NCBI GenBank assembly: GCA_964057225.1
Contig: OZ059895.1
Coordinates: forward strand, 21,514,001 to 21,578,000
Length of the DNA: 64,000 nucleotides
Reading direction: 5' to 3'
From: Auanema rhodensis
Lineage: Eukaryota; Animalia; Nematoda
Position 1 is the first letter of the stretch. Each line of letters begins with the position of its first letter. The notes beneath the pieces are model-generated. The model saw nothing but the letters and a program-made list of their open reading frames with translations. It ran no database searches and had not been told where the DNA came from. A program made the position numbers and the translations under genes. Positions 42,901 through 57,047 of the stretch are shown piece by piece.

Positions 42901-45900
42901 AGATTATTTTGAAATTTCTCGAAAAAATTTTTGTCAAAATGTTTTTGGAAGCAATGTTGAGTGTACATGGAAACTCAACATACACTAATGCATCATTTTT
43001 CAAACGATCATAACTAATTTTTCTATAAAGCGTTTCTCAATGTAGTATAGTGCATTCGATGCGGATTTTTAAGCTGCGTCGATCTGTGTTATCAGATTTG
43101 CGCTAGCTTAAAAATGCACCGAGATATCAACTGATATAAGTTCACACTTATATCCTCGATTTTCACCCTGAAGAATTAATTTTTTCGTTGAATAACATTG
43201 TCCATCGTCTTTGCCTTAAAAAAAGGAATCTAAAAACATCTACTTTTTGATGAATTATTTTGAAATTTTTCGAAAAAATTTTTGTCAAAATGTTTTTGGA
43301 AGCAATGTTGAGTGTACATGGAAACTCAACATACACTAATGCATAATTTTTCAAACGATCATAACTAATTTTTGTATTAAGCGTTTCTCAATGTAGTATA
43401 GTGCATTCGATGCGGATTTTTAAGCTGCGTCGATCTGTGTTATCAGATTTGCGCTAGCTTAAAAATGCACCGAGATATCAACTGATATAAGTTCACACTT
43501 ATATCCTCGATTTTCACCCTGAAGAATTAATTTTTTCGTTGAATAACATTGTCCATCGTCTTTGCCTTGAAAAAAGGAATCTAAAAACATCTACTTTTGC
43601 TAGATTATTTTGAAATTTTTCGAAAAAATTTTTGTCAAAATGTTTTTGGAAGCAATGTTGAGTGTACATGGAAACTCAACATACACTAATGCATAATTTT
43701 TCAAACGATCATAACTAATTTTTGTATTAAGCGTTTCTCAATGTAGTATAGTGCATTCGATGCGGATTTTTAAGCTGCGTCGATCTGTGTTATCAGATTT
43801 GCGCTAGCTTAAAAATGCACCGAGATATCAACTGATATAAGTTCACACTTATATCCTCGATTTTCAACCTGAAGAATTAATTTTTTCGTTGAATAACATT
43901 GTCCATCGTCTTTGCCTTGAAAAAAGGAATCTAAAAACATCTACTTTTTGCTAAATTATATTGAAATTTTTCGAAAAAATTTTTGTCAAAATGTTTTTGG
44001 AAGCAATGTTGAGTGTACATGGAAACTCAACATACACTAATGCATCATTTTTCAAACGATCATAACTAATTTTTCTTTAAAGCGTTTCTCAATGTAGTAT
44101 AGTGCATTCGATGCGGATTTTTAAGCTGCGTCGATCTGTGTTCTCAGATTTGCGCTAGCTTAAAAATGCACCGAGATATCAACTGATATAAGTTCACACT
44201 TATATCCTCGATTTTCACCCTGAAGAATTAATTTTTTCGTTGAATAACATTGTCCATCGTCTTTGCCTTAAAAAAAGGAATCTAAAAACATCTACTTGTG
44301 CTAGATTATTTTGAAATTTCTCGAAAAAATTTTTGTCAAAATGTTTTTGGAAGCAATGTTGAGTGTACATGGAAACTCAACATACACTAATGCATCATTT
44401 TTCAAACGATCATAACTAATTTCTCTATAAAGCGTTTCTCAATGTAGTATAGTGCATTCGATGCGGATTTTTAAGCTGCGTCGATCTGTGTTATCAGATT
44501 TGCGCTAGCTTAAAAATGCACCGAGATATCAACTGATATAAGTTCACACTTATATCCTCGATTTTCACCCTGAAGAATTGATTTTTTCGTTGAATAACAT
44601 TGTCCATCGTCTTTGCCTTGAAAAAAGGAATCTAAAAACATCTACTTTTGCTAGATTATTTTGAAATTTCTCGAAAAAATTTTTGTCAAAATGTTTTTGG
44701 AAGCAATGTTGAGTGTACATGGAAACTCAACATACACTAATGCATCTTTTTTCAAACGATCATAACTAATTTTTGTATTAAGCGTTTCTCAGTGTAGTTA
44801 AGTGCATTCGATGCGGATTTTTAAGCTGCGTCGATCTGTGTTATCAGATTTGCGCTAGCTTAAAAATGCACCGAGATATCAACTGATATAAGTTCACACT
44901 TATATCCTCGATTTTCACCCTGAAGAATTGATTTTTTCGTTGAATAACATTGTCCATCGTCTTTGCCTTAAAAAAAGGAATCTAAAAACATCTACTTTTG
45001 CTAGATTATTTTGAAATTTCTCGAAAAAATTTTTGTCAAAATGTTTTTGGAAGCAATGTTGAGTGTACATGGAAACTCAACATACACTAATGCATCATTT
45101 TTCAAACGATCATAACTAATTTTTCTATAAAGCGTTTCTCAATGTAGTATAGTGCATTCGATGCGGATTTTTAAGCTGCGTCGATCTGTGTTATCAGATT
45201 TGCGCTAGCTTAAAAATGCACCGAGATATCAACTGATATAAGTTCACACTTATATCCTCGATTTTCACCCTGAAGAATTAATTTTTTCGTTGAATAACAT
45301 TGTCCATCGTCTTTGCCTTAAAAAAAGGAATCTAAAAACATCTACTTTTTGATGAATTATTTTGAAATTTTTCGAAAAAATTTTTGTCAAAATGTTTTTG
45401 GAAGCAATGTTGAGTGTACATGGAAACTCAACATACACTAATGCATAATTTTTCAAACGATCATAACTAATTTTTGTATTAAGCGTTTCTCAATGTAGTA
45501 TAGTGCATTCGATGCGGATTTTTAAGCTGCGTCGATCTGTGTTATCAGATTTGCGCTAGCTTAAAAATGCACCGAGATATCAACTGATATAAGTTCACAC
45601 TTATATCCTCGATTTTCACCCTGAAGAATTAATTTTTTCGTTGAATAACATTGTCCATCGTCTTTGCCTTGAAAAAAGGAATCTAAAAACATCTACTTTT
45701 GCTAGATTATTTTGAAATTTCTCGAAAAAATTTTTGTCAAAATGTTTTTGGAAGCAATGTTGAGTGTACATGGAAACTCAACATACACTAATGCATCATT
45801 TTTCAAACGATCATATCTAATTTTTCTATAAAGCGTTTCTCAATGTAGTATAGTGCATTCGATGCGGATTTTTAAGCTGCGTCGATCTGTGTTATCAGAT

Positions 45901-48900
45901 TTGCGCTAGCTTAAAAATTCACCGAGATATCAACTGATATAAGTTCACACTTATATCCTCGATTTTCACCCTGAAGAATTGATTTTTTCGTTGAATAACA
46001 TTGTCCATCGTCTTTGCCTTGAAAAAAGGAATCTAAAAACATCTACTTTTGCTAGATTATTTTGAAATTTCTCGAAAAAATTTTTGTCAAAATGTTTTTG
46101 GAAGCAATGTTGAGTGTACATGGAAACTCAACATACACTAATGCATCATTTTTCAAACGATCATAACTAATTTTTCTATAAAGCGTTTCTCAATGTAGTA
46201 TAGTGCATTCGATGCGGATTTTTAAGCTGCGTCGATCTGTGTTATCAGATTTGCGCTAGCTTAAAAATGCACCGAGATATCAACTGATATAAGTTCACAC
46301 TTATATCCTCGATTTTCACCCTGAAGAATTAATTTTTTCGTTGAATAACATTGTCCATCGTCTTTGCCTTAAAAAAAGGAATCTAAAAACATCTACTTTT
46401 TGATAAATTATTTTAAAATTTTTCGAAAAAATTTTTGTCAAAATGTTTTTGGAAGCAATGTTGAGTGTACATGGAAACTCAACATACACTAATGCATAAT
46501 TTTTCAAACGATCATAACTAATTTTTGTATTAAGCGTTTCTCAGTGTAGTATAGTGCATTCGATGCGGATTTTTAAGCTGCGTCGATCTGTGTTATCAGA
46601 TTTGCGCTAGCTTAAAAATGCACCGAGATATCAACTGATATAAGTTCACACTTATATCCTCGATTTTCACCCTGAAGAATTGATTTTTTCGTTGAATAAC
46701 ATTGTCCATCGTCTTTGCCTTGAAAAAAGGAATCTAAAAACATCTACTTTTGCTAGATTATTTTGAAATTTCTCGAAAAAATTTTTGTCAAAATGTTTTT
46801 GGAAGCAATGTTGAGTGTACATGGAAACTCAACATACACTAATGCATCATTTTTCAAACGATCATAACTAATTTTTCTATAAAGCGTTTCTCAATGTAGT
46901 ATAGTGCATTCGATGCGGATTTTTAAGCTGCGTCGATCTGTGTTATCAGATTTGCGCTAGCTTAAAAATGCACCGAGATATCAACTGATATAAGTTCACA
47001 CTTATATCCTCGATTTTCACCCTGAAGAATTAATTTTTTCGTTGAATAACATTGTCCATCGTCTTTGCCTTAAAAAAAGGAATCTAAAAACATCTACTTT
47101 TTGATAAATTATTTTAAAATTTTTCGAAAAAATTTTTGTCAAAATGTTTTTGGAAGCAATGTTGAGTGTACATGGAAACTCAACATACACTAATGCATAA
47201 TTTTTCAAACGAACATAACTAATTTTTGTATTAAGCGTTTCTCAGTGTAGTATAGTGCATTCGATGCGGATTTTTAAGCTGCGTCGATCTGTGTTATCAG
47301 ATTTGCGCTAGCTTAAAAATGCACCGAGATATCAACTGATATAAGTTCACACTTATATCCTCGATTTTCACCCTGAAGAATTGATTTTTTCGTTGAATAA
47401 CATTGTCCATCGTCTTTGCCTTGAAAAAAGGAATCTAAAAACATCTACTTTTGCTAGATTATTTTGAAATTTCTCGAAAAAATTTTTGTCAAAATGTTTT
47501 TGGAAGCAATGTTGAGTGTACATGGAAACTCAACATACACTAATGCATCATTTTTCAAACGATCATAACTAATTTTTGTATTAAGCGTTTCTCAATGTAG
47601 TATAGTGCATTCGATGCGGATTTTTGAGCTGCGTCGATCTGTGTTATCAGATTTGCGCTAGCTTAAAAATGCACCGAGATATCAACTGATATAAGTTCAC
47701 ACTTATATCCTCGATTTTCACCCTGAAGAATTAATTTTTTCGTTGAATAACATTGTCCATCGTCTTTGCCTTAAAAAAAGGAATCTAAAAACATCTACTT
47801 TTTGATAAATTATTTTAAAATTTTTCGAAAAAATTTTTGTCAAAATGTTTTTGGAAGCAATGTTGAGTGTACATGGGAACTCAACATACACTAATGCATA
47901 ATTTTTCAAACGAACATAACTAATTTTTGTATTAAGCGTTTCTCAGTGTAGTATAGTGCATTCGATGCGGATTTTTAAGCTGCGTCGATCTGTGTTATCA
48001 GATTTGCGCTAGCTTAAAAATGCACCGAGATATCAACTGATATAAGTTCACACTTATATCCTCGATTTTCACCCTGAAGAATTGATTTTTTCGTTGAATA
48101 ACATTGTCCATCGTCTTTGCCTTGAAAAATGGAATCTAAAAACATCTACTTTTGCTAGATTATTTTGAAATTTCTCGAAAAAATTTTTGTCAAAATGTTT
48201 TTGGAAGCAATGTTGAGTGTACATGGAAACTCAACATACACTAATGCATCATTTTTCAAACGATCATAACTAATTTTTGTATTAAGCGTTTCTCAGTGTA
48301 GTATAGTGCATTCGATGCGGATTTTTAAGCTGCGTCGATCTGTGTTATCAGATTTGCGCTAGCTTAAAAATGCACCGAGATATCAACTGATATAAGTTCA
48401 CACTTATATCCTCGATTTTCACCCTGAAGAATTAATTTTTTCGTTGAATAACATTGTCCATCGTCTTTGCCTTAAAAAAAGGAATCTAAAAACATCTACT
48501 TTTGCTAGATTATTTTGAAATTTCTCGAAAAAATTTTTGTCAAAATGTTTTTGGAAGCAATGTTGAGTGTACATGGAAACTCAACATACACTAATGCATA
48601 ATTTTTCAAACGATCATAACTAATTTTTGTATTAAGCGTTTCTCAATGTAGTATAGTGCATTCGATGCGGATTTTTAAGCTGCGTCGATCTGTGTTATCA
48701 GATTTGCGCTAGCTTAAAAATGCACCGAGATATCAACTGATATAAGTTCACACTTATATCCTCGATTTTCACCCTGAAGAATTAATTTTTTCGTTGAATA
48801 ACATTGTCCATCGTCTTTGCCTTGAAAAAAGGAATCTAAAAACATCTACTTTTGCTAGATTATTTTGAAATTTCTCGAAAAAATTTTTGTCAAAATGTTT

Positions 48901-51900
48901 TTGGAAGCAATGTTGAGTGTACATGGAAACTCAACATACACTAATGCATCATTTTTCAAACGATCATATCTAATTTTTCTATAAAGCGTTTCTCAATGTA
49001 GTATAGTGCATTCGATGCGGATTTTTAAGCTGCGTCGATCTGTGTTATCAGATTTGCGCTAGCTTAAAAATGCACCGAGATATCAACTGATATAAGTTAA
49101 CACTTATATCCTCGATTTTCACCCTGAAGAATTGATTTTTTCGTTGAATAACATTGTCCATCGTCTTTGCCTTGAAAAAAGGAATCTAAAAACATCTACT
49201 TTTGCTAGATTATTTTGAAATTTCTCGAAAAAATTTTTGTCAAAATGTTTTTGGAAGCAATGTTGAGTGAACATGGAAACTCAACATACACTAATGCATC
49301 ATTTTTCAAACGATCATAACTAATTTTTCTATAAAGCGTTTCTCAATGTAGTATAGTGCATTCGATGCGGATTTTTAAGCTGCGTCGATCTGTGTTATCA
49401 GATTTGCGCTAGCTTAAAAATGCACCGAGATATCAACTGATATAAGTTCACACTTATATCCTCGATTTTCACCCTGAAGAATTAATTTTTTCGTTGAATA
49501 ACATTGTCCATCGTCTTTGCCTTAAAAAAAGGAATCTAAAAACATCTACTTTTTGATAAATTATTTTAAAATTTTTCGAAAAAATTTTTGTCAAAATGTT
49601 TTTGGAAGCAATGTTGAGTGTACATGGAAACTCAACATACACTAATGCATAATTTTTCAAACGATCATAACTAATTTTTGTATTAAGCGTTTCTCAGTGT
49701 AGTATAGTGCATTCGATGCGGATTTTTAAGCTGCGGCGATCTGTGTTATCAGATTTGCGCTAGCTTAAAAATGCACCGAGATATCAACTGATATAAGTTC
49801 ACACTTATATCCTCGATTTTCACCCTGAAGAATTGATTTTTTCGTTGAATAACATTGTCCATCGTCTTTGCCTCGAAAAAAGGAATCTAAAAACATCTAC
49901 TTTTGCTAGATTATTTTGAAATTTCTCGAAAAAATTTTTGTCAAAATGTTTTTGGAAGCAATGTTGAGTGTACATGGAAACTCAACATACACTAATGCAT
50001 CATTTTTCAAACGATCATAACTAATTTTTCTATAAAGCGTTTCTCAATGTAGTATAGTGCATTCGATGCGGATTTTTAAGCTGCGTCGATCTGTGTTATC
50101 AGATTTGCGCTAGCTTAAAAATGCACCGAGATATCAACTGATATAAGTTCACACTTATATCCTCGATTTTCACCCTGAAGAATCAATTTTTTCGTTGAAT
50201 AACATTGTCCATCGTCTTTGCCTTAAAAAAAGGAATCTAAAAACATCTACTTTTTGATAAATTATTTTAAAATTTTTCGAAAAAATTTTTGTCAAAATGT
50301 TTTTGGAAGCAATGTTGAGTGTACATGGAAACTCAACATACACTAATGCATAATTTTTCAAACGAACATAACTAATTTTTGTATTAAGCGTTTCTCAGTG
50401 TAGTATAGTGCATTCGATGCGGATTTTTAAGCTGCGTCGATCTGTGTTATCAGATTTGCGCTAGCTTAAAAATGCACCGAGATATCAACTGATATAAGTT
50501 CACACTTATATCCTCGATTTTCACCCTGAAGAATTGATTTTTTCGTTGAATAACATTGTCCATCGTCTTTGCCTTGAAAAAAGGAATCTAAAAACATCTA
50601 CTTTTGCTAGATTATTTTGAAATTTCTCGAAAAAATTTTTGTCAAAATGTTTTTGGAAGCAATGTTGAGTGTACATGGAAACTCAACATACACTAATGCA
50701 TCATTTTTCAAACGATCATAACTAATTTTTGTATTAAGCGTTTCTCAGTGTAGTATAGTGCATTCGATGCGGATTTTTAAGCTGCGTCGATCTGTGTTAT
50801 CAGATTTGCGCTAGCTTAAAAATGCACCGAGATATCAACTGATATAAGTTCACACTTATATCCTCGATTTTCACCCTGAAGAATTGATTTTTTCGTTGAA
50901 TAACATTGTCCATCGTCTTTGCCTTGAAAAAAGGAATCTAAAAACATCTACTTTTGCTAGATTATTTTGAAATTTCTCGAAAAAATTTTTGTCAAAATGT
51001 TTTTGGAAGCAATGTTGAGTGTACATGGAAACTCAACATACACTAATGCATCATTTTTCAAACGATCATAACTAATTTTTCTATAAAGCGTTTCTCAATG
51101 TAGTATAGTGCATTCGATGCGGATTTTTAAGCTGCGTCGATCTGTGTTATCAGATTTGCGCTAGCTTAAAAATGCACCGAGATATCAACTGATATAAGTT
51201 CACACTTATATCCTCGATTTTCACCCTGAAGAATTAATTTTTTCGTTGAATAACATTGTCCATCGTCTTTGCCTTGAAAAAAGGAATCTAAAAACATCTA
51301 CTTTTGCTAGATTATTTTGAAATTTCTCGAAAAAATTTTTGTCAAAATGTTTTTGGAAGCAATGTTGAGTGTACATGGAAACTCAACATACACTAATGCA
51401 TCATTTTTCAAACGATCATAACTAATTTTTCTATAAAGCGTTTCTCAATGTAGTATAGTGCATTCGATGCGGATTTTTAAGCTGCGTCGATCTGTGTTAT
51501 CAGATTTGCGCTAGCTTAAAAATGCACCGAGATATCAACTGATATAAGTTCACACTTATATCCTCGATTTTCACCCTGAAGAATTGATTTTTTCGTTGAA
51601 TAACATTGTCCATCGTCTTTGCCTTGAAAAAAGGAATCTAAAAACATCTACTTTTGCTAGATTATTTTAAAATTTTTCGAAAAAATTTTTGTCAAAATGT
51701 TTTTGGAAGCAATGTTGAGTGTACATGGAAACTCAACATACACTAATGCATCATTTTTCAAACGATCATAACTAATTTTTCTATAAAGCGTTTCTCAATG
51801 TAGTATAGTGCATTCGATGCGGATTTTTAAGCTGCGTCGATCTGTGTTATCAGATTTGCGCTAGCTTAAAAATGCACCGAGATATCAACTGATATAAGTT

Positions 51901-54900
51901 CACACTTATATCCTCGATTTTCACCCTGAAGAATTAATTTTTTCGTTGAATAACATTGTCCATCGTCTTTGCCTTGAAAAAAGGAATCTAAAAACATCTA
52001 CTTTTGCTAGATTATTTTGAAATTTCTCGAAAAAATTTTTGTCAAAATGTTTTTGGAAGCAATGTTGAGTGTACATGGAAACTCAACATACACTAATGCA
52101 TCATTTTTCAAACGATCATAACTAATTTTTCTATAAAGCGTTTCTCAATGTAGTATAGTGCATTCGATGCGGATTTTTAAGCTGCGTCGATCTGTGTTAT
52201 CAGATTTGCGCTAGCTTAAAAATGCACCGAGATATCAACTGATATAAGTTCACACTTATATCCTCGATTTTCACCCTGAAGAATTGATTTTTTCGTTGAA
52301 TAACATTGTCCATCGTCTTTGCCTTGAAAAAAGGAATCTAAAAACATCTACTTTTGCTAGATTATTTTGAAATTTCTCGAAAAAATTTTTGTGAAAATGT
52401 TTTTGGAAGCAATGTTGAGTGTACATGGAAACTCAACATACACTAATGCATCATTTTTCAAACGATCATAACTAATTTTTGTATTAAGCGTTTCTCAGTG
52501 TAGTATAGTGCATTCGATGCGGATTTTTAAGCTGCGTCGATCTGTGTTATCAGATTTGCGCTAGCTTAAAAATGCACCGAGATATCAACTGATATAAGTT
52601 CACACTTATATCCTCGATTTTCACCCTGAAGAATTGATTTTTTCGTTGAATAACATTGTCCATCGTCTTTGCCTTGAAAAAAGGAATCTAAAAACATCTA
52701 CTTTTGCTAGATTATTTTGAAATTTCTCGAAAAAATTTTTGTCAAAATGTTTTTGGAAGCAATGTTGAGTGTACATGGAAACTCAACATACACTAATGCA
52801 TCATTTTTCAAACGATCATAACTAATTTTTCTATAAAGCGTTTCTCAATGTAGTATAGTGCATTCGATGCGGATTTTTAAGCTGCGTCGATCTGTGTTAT
52901 CAGATTTGCGCTAGCTTAAAAATGCACCGAGATATCAACTGATATAAGTTCACACTTATATCCTCGATTTTCACCCTGAAGAATTAATTTTTTCGTTGAA
53001 TAACATTGTCCATCGTCTTTGCCTTGAAAAAAGGAATCTAAAAACATCTACTTTTGCTAGATTATTTTGAAATTTCTCGAAAAAATTTTTGTCAAAATGT
53101 TTTTGGAAGCAATGTTGAGTGTACATGGAAACTCAACATACACTAATGCATCATTTTTCAAACGATCATAACTAATTTTTCTATAAAGCGTTTCTCAATG
53201 TAGTATAGTGCATTCGATGCGGATTTTTAAGCTGCGTCGATCTGTGTTATCAGATTTGCGCTAGCTTAAAAATGCACCGAGATATCAACTGATATAAGTT
53301 CACACTTATATCCTCGATTTTCACCCTGAAGAATTGATTTTTTCGTTGAATAACATTGTCCATCGTCTTTGCCTTGAAAAAAGGAATCTAAAAACATCTA
53401 CTTTTGCTAGATTATTTTAAAATTTTTCGAAAAAATTTTTGTCAAAATGTTTTTGGAAGCAATGTTGAGTGTACATGGAAACTCAACATACACTAATGCA
53501 TCATTTTTCAAACGATCATAACTAATTTTTCTATAAAGCGTTTCTCAATGTAGTATAGTGCATTCGATGCGGATTTTTATGCTGCGTCGATCTGTGTTAT
53601 CAGATTTGCGCTAGCTTAAAAATGCACCGAGATATCAACTGATATAAGTTCACACTTATATCCTCGATTTTCACCCTGAAGAATTAATTTTTTCGTTGAA
53701 TAACATTGTCCATCGTCTTTGCCTTGAAAAAAGGAATCTAAAAACATCTACTTTTGCTAGATTATTTTGAAATTTCTCGAAAAAATTTTTGTCAAAATGT
53801 TTTTGGAAGCAATGTTGAGTGTACATGGAAACTCAACATACACTAATGCATCATTTTTCAAACGATCATAACTAATTTTTCTATAAAGCGTTTCTCAATG
53901 TAGTATAGTGCATTCGATGCGGATTTTTAAGCTGCGTCGATCTGTGTTATCAGATTTGCGCTAGCTTAAAAATGCACCGAGATATCAACTGATATAAGTT
54001 CACACTTATATCCTCGATTTTCACCCTGAAGAATTGATTTTTTCGTTGAATAACATTGTCCATCGTCTTTGCCTTGAAAAAAGGAATCTAAAAACATCTA
54101 CTTTTGCTAGATTATTTTGAAATTTCTCGAAAAAATTTTTGTCAAAATGTTTTTGGAAGCAATGTTGAGTGTACATGGAAACTCAACATACACTAATGCA
54201 TCATTTTTCAAACGATCATAACTAATTTTTGTATTAAGCGTTTCTCAGTGTAGTATAGTGCATTCGATGCGGATTTTTAAGCTGCGTCGATCTGTGTTAT
54301 CAGATTTGCGCTAGCTTAAAAATGCACCGAGATATCAACTGATATAAGTTCACACTTATATCCTCGATTTTCACCCTGAAGAATTGATTTTTTCGTTGAA
54401 TAACATTGTCCATCGTCTTTGCCTTGAAAAAAGGAATCTAAAAACATCTACTTTTGCTAGATTATTTTGAAATTTCTCGAAAAAATTTTTGTCAAAATGT
54501 TTTTGGAAGCAATGTTGAGTGTACATGGAAACTCAACATACACTAATGCATCATTTTTCAAACGATCATAACTAATTTTTCTATAAAGCGTTTCTCAATG
54601 TAGTATAGTGCATTCGATGCGGATTTTTAAGCTGCGTCGATCTGTGTTATCAGATTTGCGCTAGCTTAAAAATGCACCGAGATATCAACTGATATAAGTT
54701 CACACTTATATCCTCGATTTTCACCCTGAAGAATTAATTTTTTCGTTGAATAACATTGTCCATCGTCTTTGCCTTAAAAAAAGGAATCTAAAAACATCTA
54801 CTTTTTGATAAATTATTTTAAAATTTTTCGAAAAAATTTTTGTCAAAATGTTTTTGGAAGCAATGTTGAGTGTACATGGAAACTCAACATACACTAATGC

Positions 54901-57047
54901 ATAATTTTTCAAACGATCATAACTAATTTTTGTATTAAGCGTTTCTCAGTGTAGTATAGTGCATTCGATGCGGATTTTTAAGCTGCGTCGATCTGTGTTA
55001 TCAGATTTGCGCTAGCTTGCAAATGCACCGAGATATCAACTGATATAAGTTCACACTTATATCCTCGATTTTCACCCTGAAGAATTGATTTTTTCGTTGA
55101 ATAACATTGTCCATCGTCTTTGCTTTGAAAAAAGGAATCTAAAAACATCTACTTTCGCTAGATTATTTTGAAATTTCTCGAAAAAATTTTTGTCAAAATA
55201 TTTTTGGAAGCAATGTTGAGTGTACATGGAAACTCAACATACACTAATGCATCATTTTTCAAACAATCATAACTAATTTTTGTATTAAGCGTTTCTCAGT
55301 GTAGTATAGTGCATTCGATGCGGATTTTTAAGCTGCGTCGATCTGTGTTATCAGATTTGCGCTAGCTTGAAAATGCACCGAGATATCAACTGATATAAGT
55401 TCACACTTATATCCTCGATTTTCACCCTGAAGAATTGATTTTTTCGTTGAATAACATTGTCCATCGTCTTTGCCTTGAAAAAAGGAATCTAAAAACATCT
55501 ACTTTCGCTAGATTATTTTGAAATTTCTCGAAAAAATTTTTGTCAAAATGTTTTTGGAAGCAATGTTGAGTGTACATGGAAACTCAACATACACTAATGC
55601 ATCATTTTTCAAACGATCATAACTAATTTTTGTATTAAGCGTTTCTCAGTGTAGTATAGTGCATTCGATGCGGATTTTTGAGCTGCGTCGATCTGTGTTA
55701 TCAGATTTGCGCTAGCTTAAAAATGCACCGAGATATCAACTGATATAAGTTCACACTTATATCCTCGATTTTCACCCTGAAGAATTAATTTTTTCGTTGA
55801 ATAACAATGTCCATCGTCTTTGCCTTGAAAAAAGGAATCTAAAAACATCTACTTTTTGCTAAATTATATTGAAATTTTTCGAAAAAATTTTTGTCAAAAT
55901 GTTTTTGGAAGCAATGTTGAGTGTACATGGAAACTCAACATACACTAATGCATCATTTTTCAAACGATCATAACTAATTTTTCTATAAAGCGTTTCTCAA
56001 TGTAGTATAGTGCATTCGATGCGGATTTTTAAGCTGCGTCGATCTGTGTTATCAGATTTGCGCTAGCTTAAAAATGCACCGAGATATCAACTGATATAAG
56101 TTCACACTTATATCCTCGATTTTCACCCTGAGGAATTGATTTTTTCGTTGAATAACATTGTCCATCGTCTTTGCCTTGAAAAAAGGAATCTAAAAACATC
56201 TACTTTTGCTAGATTATTTTGAAATTTCTCGAAAAAATTTTTGTCAAAATGTTTTTGGAAGCAATGTTGAGTGTACATGGAAACTCAACATACACTAATG
56301 CATCATTTTTCAAACGATCATAACTAATTTTTCTATAAAGCGTTTCTCAATGTAGTATAGTGCATTCGATGCGGATTTTTAAGCTGCGTCGATCTGTGTT
56401 ATCAGATTTGCGCTAGCTTAAAAATGCACCGAGATATCAACTGATATAAGTTCACACTTATATCCTCGATTTTCACCCTGAAGAATAGATTTTTTCGTTG
56501 AATAACATTGTCCATCGTCTTTGCCTTGGAAAAATGAATCTAAAAACATCTACTTTTGCTAGATTATTTTGAAATTTCTCGAAAAAATTTTTGTCAAAAT
56601 GTTTTTGGAAGCAATGTTGAGTGTACATGGAAACTCAACATACACTAATGCATCATTTTTCAAACGATCATAACTAATTTTTCTATAAAGCGTTTCTCAA
56701 TGTAGTATAGTGCATTCGATGCGGATTTTTAAGCTGCGTCGATCTGTGTTATCAGATTTGCGCTAGCTTAAAAATGCACCGAGATATCAACTGATATAAG
56801 TTCACACTTATATCCTCGATTTTCACCCTGAGGAATTGATTTTTTCGTTGAATAACATTGTCCATCGTCTTTGCCTTGAAAAAAGGAATCTAAAAACATC
56901 TACTTTTGCTAGATTATTTTGAAATTTCTCGAAAAAATTTTTGTCAAAATGTTTTTGGAAGCAATGTTGAGTGTACATGGAAACTCAACATACACTAATG
57001 CATCATTTTTCAAACGATCATAACTAATTTTTCTATAAAGCGTTTCT
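1..57047 (+). repeat. Satellite DNA tandem array, 350/351-bp monomer, 162 full monomers + 269-bp partial
   Basis: Monomer start CCGAGATATCAACTGATATAAG recurs at 1, 351, 701, 1052 ... 56779. Monomers differ by a few SNPs and a 1-bp T-run indel. The array ends at ...AAAGCGTTTCT (57047), where the next base departs from the consensus (G instead of C). Confidence 0.99.

Noticed and set aside
1446-54912. Repeated 63-aa minus-strand ORF (MKNYALVYVEF...)
   Set aside because: By-product of one satellite variant. It is broken by stops or frameshifts in most monomers and has no recognisable domain.
1-57047. CRISPR array
   Set aside because: No unique spacers and no cas genes; the whole 350-bp unit repeats.
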